Assembly (NCBI RefSeq): GCF_902713615.1
Contig: NC_052161.1
Span: forward strand, 52,146,528 to 52,210,527
Direction: 5' to 3'
Length of the DNA stretch: 64,000 bases
From: Scyliorhinus canicula
Taxonomy: Eukaryota
Below the pieces are notes generated by a model. It did not search any database. It worked only from the letters and a program-made list of their open reading frames with translations, and had not been told where the DNA came from. The stretch's first letter is position 1. Each line of letters starts with the position of its first letter. A program made the position numbers and the translations under genes. Positions 36,001 to 48,213 of the stretch are shown piece after piece.

Positions 36001-36243
36001 CAGTAAGTCCTGCACAATATTTTCTATGACTCGCTGGAAAATTGCACATGCCGATGACACCCCAAAAGGCAGCTGTGTGTATTTGTAGAGACCCATGTGC
36101 ATATTTATTGTAACGTACTTGCCGGAGGACTTGTCAATTTCGAGCTGCAGATGCACATTACTCATATCTAGCTTCATGAACGAGCATCTACCAAGAGAGA
36201 AGACACTCATTCCCACCCTGTGCGGCGGGTTATGACAGAACAC
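33093..36243 (-). mobile_element. Gypsy element E (RT-RNase H-integrase, probable short 3' LTR), 5'-truncated
   Basis: FMKLDMSNVHLQ, LPFGVSSACAIFQ, VYLDDV, CDASSCGIGAVLAH, TDNGASFT, SNRLAEQAVQMFK; LTR-like segment at about 33093-33240. Confidence 0.85.
34921..35351 (-). mobile_element. Solo-LTR-like insertion in Gypsy E RNase H
   Basis: TGTA...TACA segment 34978-35351 with minus-strand TATAAAA and AATAAA; host frame TEHTP|LLGLF rejoins; flanks GGTAT and GGTGT. Confidence 0.75.
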
Positions 36244-36959
36244 AGTAACTCAGAGTTTCTTAGGTGGACCATTATACCCGATACGAGTGATTGCCAAAGA
36301 ACCAAATAACATTTTGGGGAAAATAGCTCACATAATATGGTATCAATCTACAATCTTCTGCTCTGGCCTTGCAATGCACTGATCAGTTGTTATGATGAAA
36401 ATATCAGCCAGATGAGCAACAGTTTTCAAATAAGCTGGCCAGTCCCAATGTATATATTGCAACACCTCCCCATACGCCACCACCCTTACCCCATCAATGT
36501 TAACTATATTAATTGTGTACAAGTTTTGGGCATTAACTAAGGATTCATCGGACACCCACAGACCAAAATTGTGGTTGCCTCTTTAGGAGGTGCACGGTTG
36601 TAATGTGTAACTCCATACAAAAATACAGAAGTATGTAAAGATTGGCTCCAGTTCTATCCTTCACCAGCTGGCTTTCTGGAATAGAATATGATGGCAGAGG
36701 ATGATTACGTAAATGTGAGGTTTCAAAACTAAAACATAAATTCAGGCAGAAAACTACAATCCTTGCATCCTAGCAACCATTGTGAAAAATGGCGGAACAA
36801 AATAAGCGTAAATTGACAGGATGGTGGTGTTTTGAAAGTCTTGTTGAGAGAGTGCGTGTTGATCCGTATCACCCATGACTGAGTGTGTGAGATTTGTGAA
36901 GTGGATTGTTGCTCGAGTACATGATGCCATGTTGAGAGTTTGATAATGGAGGAAGCTGA

Positions 36960-37436
36960 GAGAGAACTTACCCTGATGGAGCAGATACAATCATTCATCT
37001 ATTTCCTGCACTGAATGGCGCTTTCAGGGTAGGTGGTAGGTGCGCCGATCTCATGGACAATGACCTCCCAGGCCAGAGAGATGAGGCTCATGAGCTTTCT
37101 CTCGGATTCCTTGAATAAGCGTCTCGAGGGAGCTGGTGGTAAAAACTGTGCTTCCTTCTTCATGCAACTACTTGCCTTTTCCCACTGGGTTCCAGACATG
37201 TCGCACAGTCTGGTGAAGATGGGCTGGAGAGAGTGATATGAGTGTACTGGAGTGCGCCCGTACCCTCAAAACCATTAGCTGAGAGGAGGCGGACCAATCA
37301 GTTGTCAGGTGAAACGGATGAGCATACGTTTGTGCATAGTTAATGAGGTTCCAAATGCAGAATCTGGTGCAGGATCAGTTAGCAGGAAAGGAGCCGCTGG
37401 AGCCGTCCATCGCCGTATTTAGGAAGAATTCTGCCC
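36960..37436 (-). mobile_element. Harbinger terminal fragment with first exon of a Myb/SANT-like ORF
   Basis: Ends GAATTCTGCCC (TIR, compare GGGCTGAATTC at 62699); ORF 37199-36999 reads LAWEVIVHEIGAPTTYPESAIQCRK*MND..R then AGG|GTAAGT. Confidence 0.6.
37285..37305. promoter_or_regulatory. GC-box/CCAAT-like cluster inside the Harbinger end
   Basis: GAGGAGGCGGACCAATCAG about 90 bp upstream of the Myb-like ATG; function untested. Confidence 0.3.
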
Positions 37437-38164
37437 AATATTTCTTTCCTCAAGGTCTCTATACTGTAAATATTTATTTTCTTGATCCCTGCCTTTACCA
37501 TCTGAATATGGAGGGGAGGCATCGTAAAATCTCATTTCATATTGAATGTGTGCAAATAAATTAACCCTTTGACTTCATCCTATCTCGTTTACTGTGGGGT
37601 TATTGATGGAAAATTGGATCACACCAACATCAAGGGGTTGGGAAATAGAGTACCATTTATAAAGAGAGAAAGAAATAACAGCTTCCTGTTAACGGGCAGG
37701 TGATGAGAGGAGGAATTAGTGCTGTTTAAATTAACTCCTTCCTGTCCGTGACATTTCTAAAAGATGCAAGCGTGCTTGATGTAGAGTATACATGGTTAAT
37801 AGATGAGATTAGCGAGAAGTGTGAAATCTGTAGAATATCAGAATTCTATTGTAAACCTTGCATTGTCACATGACCCTAGTTACCATGGACCCAAAGATAT
37901 GGGACAGAGACAGAACTATTTTAATTCTATGTAGTATAGACCTCTTACATTAACACAATGTAAGGACTAATGTGTTATTAGAGATAAAATGGCGGGGAAA
38001 TGTTAGTCGATCAACGACACTCCTCACCAGCTAGCTTTGAAACCTGCTGTAAGTTAACACCCTCCCTATTGTAAAACGGGTTAATTGCCGTCAGTCAGTC
38101 AGTTGTCATGTGACTTGTTCCCACAAACTGTTTAGGAAAGCCAAATTCTTGCCTCAATGCAAGT

Positions 38165-38388
38165 TTCTTTTTTAAATTTAGAGTACCCAATTAATTTTTT
38201 CCAATTAAGGGGCAATTTAGCGTGGCCAATCCACCTAGCTTGCACATTTTTGGGTTGTGGGGGCGAAACCCACGCAAACACGGGGAGAATGTGCAAACTC
38301 CACACGGACAGTGACCCAGAGCCGGGATCGAATCTGGGACCTCGGCGCCATGAGGCCGCAATGCCAACCCACTGCGCCACCGTGCTTC
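38165..38388 (-). mobile_element. V-SINE, A/T-tailed subfamily
   Basis: Tail AATTGGAAAAAATTAATTGGGTACTCTAAATTT; imperfect flanking duplication CTCAATGCAA / CTCACTGCAA. Confidence 0.9.
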
Positions 38389-38585
38389 CCTCTCACTGCA
38401 ACAGTTTACTAGGATCTCGCGCCACTTCTATTAGCTGTTACTTTACAGATCTAAATTCATTCAATAGACTAGACATTAAATAGGAATTATTTTATTTTTA
38501 TAAGCACTTATGCGTATCATTTATCCAGAAAAAATGTTGAACGATTATGACCTGGCTTGAATCTCCTTAAAACGCATCCGAGTCA

Positions 38586-38900
<315 letters not shown>

Positions 38901-39139
38901 TCAGCGTGGAGGGAGACAAAATAAGGAGCAAGTCACTCTGAATCTCCCATATGAAGCATTTTAGCTGTTCAGGAAGTGGAAATAGTCAGTCACACCCCTG
39001 AAGTGATAGTCAGGGATCTGACACAAACTCCACTCTAAACTCTGAAGTGGCAATCAATGAAATCAGTGAGAATTTTTATTCTCCCGCCCCATCATTATTT
39101 GAAAGCCCACAAAAAGTGAAAAAGATGTAAATCAGGTAT

Positions 39140-39297
39140 AAGTAAAAAAAAGAGAAAGTCGCCATCGTCCCAGAATACCATACGCTGCTTTCCCCTTTGA
39201 GGGGGAGAGCTGACTAGTGGTGCTTTAACCTGAGGATCACCACACCTCAGATGAGGGGCAAGGTTGAGAAGGCGGGGCCTCAATGAATAACCTCAGG
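39140..39297 (-). mobile_element. 5'-truncated SINE of a separate family
   Basis: Reverse complement of CCTCAGGTTAAAGCACCACTAGTCAGCTCTCCCCCTCAAAGGGGAAAGCAGC...CTGGGACGATGGCGACTTT. Confidence 0.55.
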
Positions 39298-39380
39298 TGA
39301 CACTGGGTTTTTAATGACCATGTGATTACTAAAATTTGAACCATACAAATGACTCTGAAAAGATAATTTTATAATCCCAA

Positions 39381-39826
39381 GGCTGGACTTTGCACAGCCT
39401 GTCAGAAATTTTATGTCAGGGTGTGAGGCCAATTAATTGCCACTTAAAGGTCTCATTGCACCCCTGCTCATATTTTTATCATGCTGAGGTGTGTCCTACG
39501 CCACACAGGAAGCACTCCTCCCCCCAGTCAACTAGGCCATTCTCCTCTTTAACCTTTCCTTCCATCTCTTGAACCCGAATGTCCACCCACCTCAGTCCCC
39601 TCACCAGACTGGGTTCCTCAGTGTGGTGACTGGCTGCAGTCCCAGCAATGGCTACAGAGCTGCCAGCCATCTAATTAGCCAACAGCTAAAGCAGACCTTC
39701 CTACCGAGATATGGGCAGAATTCTCGCCAGATGTCTGGCTAGGCCAAGTGTTAAATTGCTGTGGGGCAACCATTGACATGAAGATGGGCTCCCCCTACCT
39801 CCCACTCAACATGTCAAATCCAACCT
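39381..39826. mobile_element. Diverged non-autonomous DNA element
   Basis: GGCTGGACTTT ... AAATCCAACC imperfect TIRs. Confidence 0.4.
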
Positions 39827-39856
39827 GTGGAATGCTGTTAATGATTAATTAGCATC

Positions 39857-40175
39857 CATAGAATCCCCACAGTACAGAAGGAGTCCATTCAGCCCATTGG
39901 GTCTGCACCGACCCTCTGAAAGAGCACCCTATCTAGTACTACTCCCCTACCCTATCCCCGTAACCCCACCTAGGGGCAATTGAGCATAGCCAATCGCCCT
40001 AATCTGCACATCTTTGGACTGTGGGAGGAAGCCAGAGCATCCAGAGGAAATGCATGGAGAGAAGGGAAGAATTTGCAAACACCACAGTCACCAGAGGTCG
40101 GAATCGAACCTCGTTCTCTGGCGCTGTCATAGTCTGGTGTGCTCTAACCCAATCATTCTGGGCTATCATGCTGCG
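39857..40175 (-). mobile_element. V-SINE, diverged
   Basis: CR1-type tail and V-domain remnant. Confidence 0.75.
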
Positions 40176-40204
40176 ATATACTTGTCTGCTCTAACCTAAT
40201 TATC

Positions 40205-40435
40205 CTGGAATATTGCATTCTGAGAGCAGTGGAGGCTGGGTTACTGGATATTTTTAAGACTGAATTAGTTAGATTCTTGATTGATGATGGAGTCAAAGGG
40301 TACAGCGTGTTGACGGGAACTTGGAGTTCAAGCCACAATCAGATCAGCCGTGATCTTATCAAATGGCGCAGCAGGCTTGAAGGGCTGAAAGGCCTACTCC
40401 TGCTCCTAATTAGTACATTCATATGTTCATATGGG
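40205..40435 (+). mobile_element. CR1 LINE 3' end
   Basis: GCAGTGGAGGCTGGG..ATTTTTAAGACTGA..AGATTCTTG...GCAGGCTTGAAGGGCTGAAAGGCCTACTCCTGCTCCTA. Confidence 0.75.
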
Positions 40436-40729
40436 AATGTGGTGGAGATTCAATTGTGGCTTTCAAAAGAGAATTGGACAAGCAACTTGAAGAGAAAATT
40501 TGTAAAGCAACCAAAACATTGGGGGAGTGTGACGAGCCGTGTTGATCTTACAGGGGTGTGACTGGTGGAATGGCCTGTGCCTGTGCTGTAACTATTTTGT
40601 ATTATTCTATTTCTAAAAGTGATTTATTTTATTGCTTTTTTATTTTCCATTTAAGTGTCTTAAGAATCTTTAATGTGGTTGCTTACTTGGGCGGCCTTGT
40701 GATATCACTGCAGCTCCATGCTGTAGATG

Positions 40730-40903
40730 CCCAACAAAACGTGCAGGTTAGGTGGATTGACCATGATAAATTGCCCTTAGTGACCGAAAAGGTCAGGAGG
40801 GATTATTGGGTTACGGGGATAGGGTGGAAGTGAGGGTCTAAGTGGGTCGGTGCAGACTCGATGGGCCGAATGGCCTCCTTCTGCACTGTATGTTCTATGT
40901 TCT
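40730..40903 (+). mobile_element. V-SINE 3' half
   Basis: GTGCAGGTTAGGTGGATTG...GGGCCGAATGGCCTCCTTCTGCACTGTATGTTCTATGTTCTA. Confidence 0.85.
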
Positions 40904-41657
40904 AAAAGTCATTGCTCCCAGTTGCAGGAACACTGCACAGAAATGGAGCTGAAATTCTCATCGGAGACACTGCTACATTTCTTAGTGTGGCTTATTTTGA
41001 GGTCAATGGTGAACAGCCATTGTCTCCAGGTCATTAACCGAGAATTTTGTTTTGTTCAGTCGTGAGAAGATCTGCCATCTTTATTTTAATATGACTTACA
41101 TCATCCCAGTAGGTCATGAAAACAAACAAAATCTAATTTGTCAATGATTTTTGAAACTGTTGCATTTTGAATGGCATGTCCCATATAATTTGGAGCTGGC
41201 CCATCATGCTGAGACAAATAATTGTTGCAAACTACACAATAAAACACTATTTGACAAGAAAAGTGGCAATTATGTTAGACACTATGAAGATCCAGGATGC
41301 CCGAGAAGGTAAGTAAGTGGAAGTTTATTCGGGTCAATGGAAACGGCGTACACACAATACGTCCTGACCGGGACTACCAAAACGCTGGTCCCCTTCTGGG
41401 CAAGCTTTTACAGAACAAAGTAACAAGCCCAGCTGGGCGATTCTCCAGCCACCAATAGGGAAGCTCGTATTCCACAAGTCCCACGGGGAGATCGGTGTGC
41501 GCCTTGTGAAGGTTATTACACTCATCCCTACGCCCGTCCCGTCCGTAAATTTCCCTCCAGTGGCCAGCGGAGGAGGCCTTCTTTGCCACTTCACAAGTGG
41601 CTGCTCCTTTGCCGGCGGTGATGCTGGGTCAGGGAGTGTGTATCAAGCTGTCAATCA

Positions 41658-41763
41658 CATTCCTGTACCGGCCTCCTCTAACAGGCGCCGGAATATGGCG
41701 ACTAGGGGCTTTCACAGTAACTTAATTGAAGCCTACTTGTGACAATAAGCGATTATGATTATT
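41658..41763 (+). mobile_element. 3' part of short SINE (GTGGCGACTAGGGGC family)
   Basis: ACAGGCGCCGGAATATGGCGACTAGGGGC...GACAATAAGCG. Confidence 0.75.
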
Positions 41764-42557
41764 ACCTTTGATAGAGGGTCACTGCGGAGGCATAGCTCCG
41801 GTTGTGGCGTTGTCTGTAAGTGCTGATGCTCCCGTGTCCATGTCCATGACGGGTTGTATCAAGAGAGCCTGTATTCTGTTACCTCATGCCCTTTTTGAAC
41901 TTTTGAACCACCGGTTCTGCCAAATAATTCAAAGACCCGTGCTAGGGAACAGTCTCGTTGTGCCTTACCACCTTGGCATGCATAAATGATTAGAATTCCT
42001 CATTCGTGAACGGGGTCCCGTTGTCTGTGACCAGACCTTCTGGTATCTTGTGGGTGTTCAATTTACCATCAATTCCAGGTCACCACACATAGCTCCTTGC
42101 GAACACCTTCATCTTCAAGTTCCTGGCGTGTCCACCATTCAGTTACTGTAAGATCACACGTCGACCCGGTTGCGGACAATCACGTAAGCTCCCCATAGGA
42201 GGACACCATCCTCCACATTGAGCTCCTGCCGTGCAGGATGATGTAGTGTAGTTCTGCCAACATGGGACCATTCAGGATCTGCGCAGCTGCCATGGGCAGA
42301 GTGTCCATAAAGTTCAGCGTTGCCAAGACTTTGTCCATTACTGGTGGAGAGGGAATCGGCTCAGGGTGTCTGCATTTTCTATCTGAATACCCAGGTGATG
42401 CTGAAACATGTATTTGTAAGCTGCTAATAACAATGTCCAGCACTGGATATGGGCTGAGAGTATGGGAGGAATCCCCTTTTCCTCTTCAAATTGGCCTAGC
42501 AGGAGCTTATGGTCAGTGATGATATAGATAGGGCACCGTTAGACATACAGATGGAGG

Positions 42558-42782
42558 GGCAGCATGATGGAGCAATGGGTTAGCCCTGCAGCCTCATGGC
42601 GGCGAGGTCCCAGGTTTGATTCCGGCTCTGGGTCACTCTCCATGTGGAGTTTGCACATTCTCCCCGTGTTTGCGTGGGTTTCGCGCCCACAATCCAAAGA
42701 TGTGCAGGCTAGATGGATTGGCCATGCTAAATTGCCTCTTAATTGGAAAAAATTAATTGGATACACTAAGTTTTTTTTTAAA
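42558..42782 (+). mobile_element. V-SINE, A/T-tailed subfamily
   Basis: Imperfect long TSD CATACAGATGGA / CATAGGGATGGA. Confidence 0.9.
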
Positions 42783-43422
42783 AATCAAAAAAAAGGCATA
42801 GGGATGGAATTATTTTACCGTGTATATCACAACCAATCCTTCTGTCTCTTGTAACAGCAGCATTCCGCATCGGCCAGCGTCCTAGATGCATATTCTATTG
42901 GGTGTTCGGTGCCATCATCCCACCGATGGTACAATACTGTTCTAATGCCATACAGGAAGGTATCGCATGTGAGGACAAGTGGCCTTGAACGGTCGTAATG
43001 TGTCAAAATCTGGGAGAATGGCTGCTGCCTCTTCGACATGGTAAACGCTTTATCCTGTGGCGCACCACAGACCCATTTATGGTTCTTTTTACGTTGACCC
43101 AGAGGTCCATCCTAAATACGACCAGTCCCCAACAGCTTGCTCACAAAAGGTAGAAACCGGATTGTGAGACAGCGTGTGTAGGGGTGCCAACAGAGTGACT
43201 ACGTTTACAATAAATTTCCCACAGTAATTTCTCACGAGCCCCAAAAACAACCTCAGTTCAGTGGTGCTTTCTGGTCGGGGCTCCCTTTATGGTCTGAACG
43301 TTTTCCTCTACTCGATATAAGCCATCCTTATGCACACAGTTTCCCAGATACCTGAACGACTTCACCTAAAACGGACACTTCCCTCTCTGGATGCCCGTTT
43401 TGGAGAATCCCTTCCAAATTGT

Positions 43423-43750
43423 GGGCAGCACGGTAGCACAGTAGTTAGTACTGTTGCTTCACAGCTCCAGGGTCCCAAGTTTGATTCCTGGCTTGAGTCA
43501 CTGTCTGTGTGGAGTCTGCATGTTTTCCCCGTGTCTGCGTGGGTTTCCTCTGGGTGCTCCGGTTTTCCTCCCACAGTCCAAAGATGTGCAGGTTAGGTGG
43601 TTTGGCCATGCTAAATTGCCCTTAGTGTCCAAAAAGGTTAGGTGGGGTTACTGGGTTCCGGGGATAGGGTGGATAAGTGGGGTGCACTTTTCAAGGGCCA
43701 GTGCAGACCTGATGGGCCGAGTGGCCTCCTTCTGCACTGTAAATTCTATG
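43423..43750 (+). mobile_element. V-SINE, CR1-type tail
   Basis: Full copy inside Gypsy C RT. Confidence 0.9.
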
Positions 43751-44441
43751 AGTAAACTACGAGTTGTCCAGGTGTTTTTTCTCATTGGCTCCTAAATGCA
43801 TCTGTGATCCAGGTATACCGTTTCTTTGGCCAATCCCGAGAGGATTCCTTCCATTACTCTTTGAAAGATCGTGCATGTGCATGAAGCTCCAAAAGGAAGC
43901 TAACTTTACTTGTACAGACCCCTGTAGGTATTGATGGTAATGTACTTCCATGATTCTGCGTCTAGCTCTCGTTGGAAATAGGCATGGCTCATGTCCACCT
44001 TCATGACCGAGTGCCCCTCCCCGCTCGCTTCGCATACAGGTCTTTTACACGTGGCATGGGCTACAGGTCCAGATGGGAGGCCCTGTTCACTGCCAATTTA
44101 TAATCACTGCAGAGGCAAACCAACTTAGTGTTTGTAGCCAATCATGGTCAAATAGGTTGGGTCCCAGCCCTTATACACTATCAGTGGAAGCCTGACTGTC
44201 TGCTGCCTGTCGGTAACTGGGGCCATGGTGGTCCCTATGATGTTCAACAGCTCCATTGACTTAAAGTTTAATCTGAATCAGAGCTATTTTAGGGACAGTG
44301 ATGCAATTCAGCTGCATCAGGTCACCTTCCTCAGACTGGGCCACATGCAAGGCCCTGGCTCTGGATAACCTTGTCATCTTCCCAGGGCAGTGTGTCCCTT
44401 GCCACTTCTGGTGGCCTAGTTGCCGTGCATTCTGCAACCTC

Positions 44442-46337
44442 TGTTTCGTTATGCTTTTGATGTAGCATAAGCTGCTTCCTTGATGTGCACTCTGACAAAG
44501 GAAGGTTCAGACTTGGAGATAGCTTTAACACATTTATTAAACTGTTAACAATTCTCCTACTTGGATTTGACTCTCCTGTTAATCCTGCTATAGCTACTCA
44601 GACTGACTAACCTGTCTGCTACAATCCACATGGTGGGTGTGATGTGTTTCAATCAACCCTGTCTGTACTCACTAAGTGTCTCCACTGGAGGCTTGTGTCA
44701 CTCCCTCTGTGGAGTCTTGCAGCGTTCCCTGTGTGGAATCGTGCGTTGGTCTTGCTGTGGAGACTGTCATCACTTATTGTTCATGCAAGGACTGTGCTCT
44801 GGAGTCTTGCGTTGCTTCTATCATGGAGTCTGTCCATGAGCTCACTGGGGAGGCTTGGACTCTTCGTGGTGCTTGGACCACTCTCTGTGTAGAGTCAGGG
44901 ACTCTTCGTGGTGCATGGCCCACTCTCTGTGGGGCAGCAGGCTGCTCTCTGTGGGCCTTTACTGCTCTCTGTCTCTTGGTGTCAGGCCGCAGCATAATCC
45001 TGCATTCACAAGTTGGGAGTCATATATGCTGGGCTGAGGATTCCCCAATCCGAAGAACTCATCGTCGGGGTCTTCACGGTACAACACCTCTGGTTGCAGT
45101 TTGGATTTGGTACTGGGGTAGCCATCTCCCAAGATTAAATCTTCGTCTGAGTCATTGTCTACAAAAAACATATTATCTTCTTGCGTGGTGCTAACCGCTT
45201 GTTGCAGGATTCTGCGGAGGTTACTTTCAGCTACTGGTCGAATTTCAGGTATTGTGCTGTCGTTCCAGGTGAAAGAATCCTGTTTTGAGGCTTTAAATTT
45301 TTTTTCTTGTTTTGGGATATTTCCCCTTTAAGTGGGTGTGGTCCGGGGCCTCTGAAGTAAAAAAGCTTGTGACGTAGAGCATAGGAAGCGATAGTGCATG
45401 CGCGCAAATGGACCTTCCCGTTGTGTGCACTCTTCGCGCAACTGTACATGTGCAGCTCCTTTTCCAAGATGGCTGCAAATCAAAACTGCCATTTTCTGCA
45501 ATTAAAAGCCTACCTTCGCCTCATGGTCAGTGCTGGCGCCTCTTTTCCTCTTTTTCTTGTATGTTCCTCGCAGAATTCTTGGAATTTCTCCGGGACGGCC
45601 TGGAAGTCGCTCTTGTTTTGCCCCTTTGAGTATTTGAAGGTCTGGAAGATTTCAGCTGCTCTTGGACCCGCGATGGTAAGTATAATTTTTATTATCCCTG
45701 CATCCGCCACGCCATCTAGGTCGGACGCTACCAGGTAGATCTCAAATCTCTGCCTGAACGCACGGCAGTTTGCACTGAGATTGCCATGGTACCTGAGGTG
45801 CTGTGGAACCGGAATCATTAACATCATGCCTGGGTGCTGTGGCAAGTTGTCACAAATTTATTGAGTTGAGCTATAGGGATTCAACAGGTCACTCCTTGGT
45901 ACCATGTTTTGTTATGCTTTGACGTAGCATAAGCTGTTTCCTTGATGTGCACTCTGACAAAGGAAGATTCAGACTTGGAGATAGCTTTAACACATTTATT
46001 AAACTGTCAACAATTCTCCGACTTGGATTTGACTCTCCTGTTAATCCTGCTATAGCTACTCAGGCTGACTAACCAGTCTGCTACAATCCATATGGTGGGT
46101 GTGATGTGGTCTGTACTCACTAAGTGTCTCCACTGGAAAGAGAAAGATAATGTGTGCTGTGTCCTTTTTTATGGGTAGCTCCCTTGTGGTAGTGTCACCT
46201 CTATGTGTGTCTTGACTGCCCATTGGTCGTGTCCTATCTTACTGACCTATTGGTTGAATGTCTGTGTGTCATGATGTCTCTAGTGCTCCCTCTAGTGTTT
46301 ATCTAGTCTACGTGTATTTACAGTGTATATCACCACA
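44442..46337 (-). mobile_element. Gypsy element D, pol-deleted, 5-bp TSD ACCTC, nested in element C
   Basis: 5' LTR 45905-46337; PBS TGGTACCAAGGAG; gag GNLSANCRAFRQRFEIYLVAS; partial 3' LTR 44442-44690; ACCTC at 44437-44441 and 46338-46342. Confidence 0.92.
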
Positions 46338-47410
46338 ACCTCAAGAATGGTAATTGCGCTGGTGTTCCCTGCCAACCTCTAAAGAGGTGTCACGCTAGTC
46401 TGTGGTGCTCCTTAGCTATTGAGTCTGGATGCGACATTGTGTACTTGGTTGCTGCTTTGGTTGCGATCAGATTGTGCGAGCATTGTCCTGAGAGGGCGCT
46501 GAACTTCTGTAAAGCGGCTGACCAGCGTTATGGACACTATAGTCAATGGAACTCTGGAGCTCCTGAACCATCTTCTTAGCTTTGTCATGTGACTTGGTGA
46601 GTTCAATGTCTCTTTTCATGTCTAAGGTTGGCTCTGCCAATAACTTCCTCGGAGTTGCCGCATTGTTGATCCCATACACCAGTCTCAGAGGAAGATGAAC
46701 CTAACTCACAATGTTCTGCCTCTACCAGCATTTGGAGCCATGTCAGAAAGTCTGTCACTGATTCCCCAGAATGCGCACAGCGATATTAAACAGATACCTT
46801 TGTATCATCACTAACCGTTTTTGGTTGTAATGATTCACCACTAATTCCACATGTTCATCAAAGGACTTTGAGTCCGGGGCTGCTGGGTAAGTGGGACTCT
46901 TGATTATGGCAAAGGTTGAGGCCCCGCAGATGGTCAGAAGGATTACCTTCCGTCAGTCCTCTCCACTTATGCCATTTGCCTGGAAGAAATACTGCGTTCG
47001 CTCAGCATATTGGGTCCAATCTGCCAGGCCTGCATCAAAGGCCACTAATTTCCCAAAGAGCAGCATTTTCAAAACTCCTCCGATCTCGTTCCTGTGCAAC
47101 AATATTCCAATGTGACTGGGACACCCGGAATCGCAATCGTTGTTTTTTCCTTGTTGCCAGTATGAAGACCCAGGCGGCCTGAGAAGTAGTTAAATGGAAG
47201 TTTATTTGGACCAAAGAAAATGACCACTATGGCGGCATGCACAGAATAAGTCCAAGCTGACTTTTACAGAGCAAGATAACGAGCCCCAGCTGTGCGGATG
47301 TCCACTCACAAGTGGAGAAACTCGTATTCCAAGTGTTCCACGGGGAGATTGATTAGTATATTATTAGTATATTATTAGTAATAAAGATTATTACAACGCA
47401 AAAATGCCTA

Positions 47411-47617
47411 GGCCAAAACTTTCCGGTTGTTCACACTGGTGGAATCTTCCACTCCTGCCAATGCCGCACCTCTGCGAGGGGTTTCTCAGCAGCGAGGAGT
47501 GGATTCAATGGTGAACCGTAGAGACAACAGCGGAACCAGAAGATCCCACCACTGGCCAATAGTGGGTTGCCTCCCTCTGCAGCGAAACACATGATGGGTT
47601 GTGTGGTAAATCCCACC
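47411..47617. mobile_element. Short GGGC-terminal non-autonomous DNA element
   Basis: Similar to 48782 and 57748; ends GGTAAATCCCACC. Confidence 0.6.
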
Positions 47618-48133
47618 AGCATTTATTCCCTGAAACACCCTTAAAATGAATGGGTTGAACTTTCCACTGAATTGTAGAGAAGTTTGAAATACGTTAAACA
47701 TTCAGAGCATATGTGATTTCAGGGTTTGCTGTCTCTTAGGTAAAAGTAACACCTTCGATGCATTTAGTAATATTTCAAGGAAATTGTTGAATTAAACCCC
47801 CGATGGGCTCAATTGAAACTAGTTAAGCTTCCTACGGAGCAGTGTGAGCACATTTATGAATATTTTGGATGAAGTTCTTGGAATGGGCAGAAAGAGAATC
47901 TTTCAAAAGCTCTGACTGCAATTAGAAGTTCAAACTGCAGCAGATGTTACAGATAAGGTAGCACAACAACAGAGTGCGGCAAAACACAACTGGAACCAGA
48001 ACAGATGTCTCATTAAATCGGGGCTGGTACTTAGTCAGAAATCAGGGAGTTTTGGAAAATTTGAATTGGCTTACCAACAGGCAAGTGACAGATTGCACTT
48101 TTGCAAAGGAATGCTCCAGTAACCCTGCTTCAA

Positions 48134-48213
48134 GTGGCGACTAGGGGCTTTTAACAGTAACTTCATTTGAAGCCTGTTTGTGACAATAAGCGATTTTCAT
48201 TTCATTTCATTTC
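48134..48213 (+). mobile_element. SINE tail fragment (GTGGCGACTAGGGGC family)
   Basis: GTGGCGACTAGGGGCTTTT..CAGTAACTTCATTTGAAGCCT...(TTTCA)n. Confidence 0.8.

Larger units (their letters stand above)
41285..47395 (-). mobile_element. Gypsy element C (gag-PR-RT-RNase H-IN) with related but diverged LTRs
   Basis: LTRs 41285-41520 and 47162-47395 (TGAAGA...TTATTACA); gag AFDAGLADWTQYA; LVLTCDTFLYGIRTVL; TDNGTPFTNEEF; no matching TSD. Confidence 0.8.

Noticed and set aside
36999-37199. Initial impression of a histone pseudogene (MSG start, GAGATCGGCGC)
   Set aside because: No sustained alignment to H2A or H3; a Myb/SANT motif next to a Harbinger TIR explains it better.
41100-41208. Minus-strand segment with good acceptor and GTAAGT donor
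   Set aside because: All three frames contain a stop within the segment.
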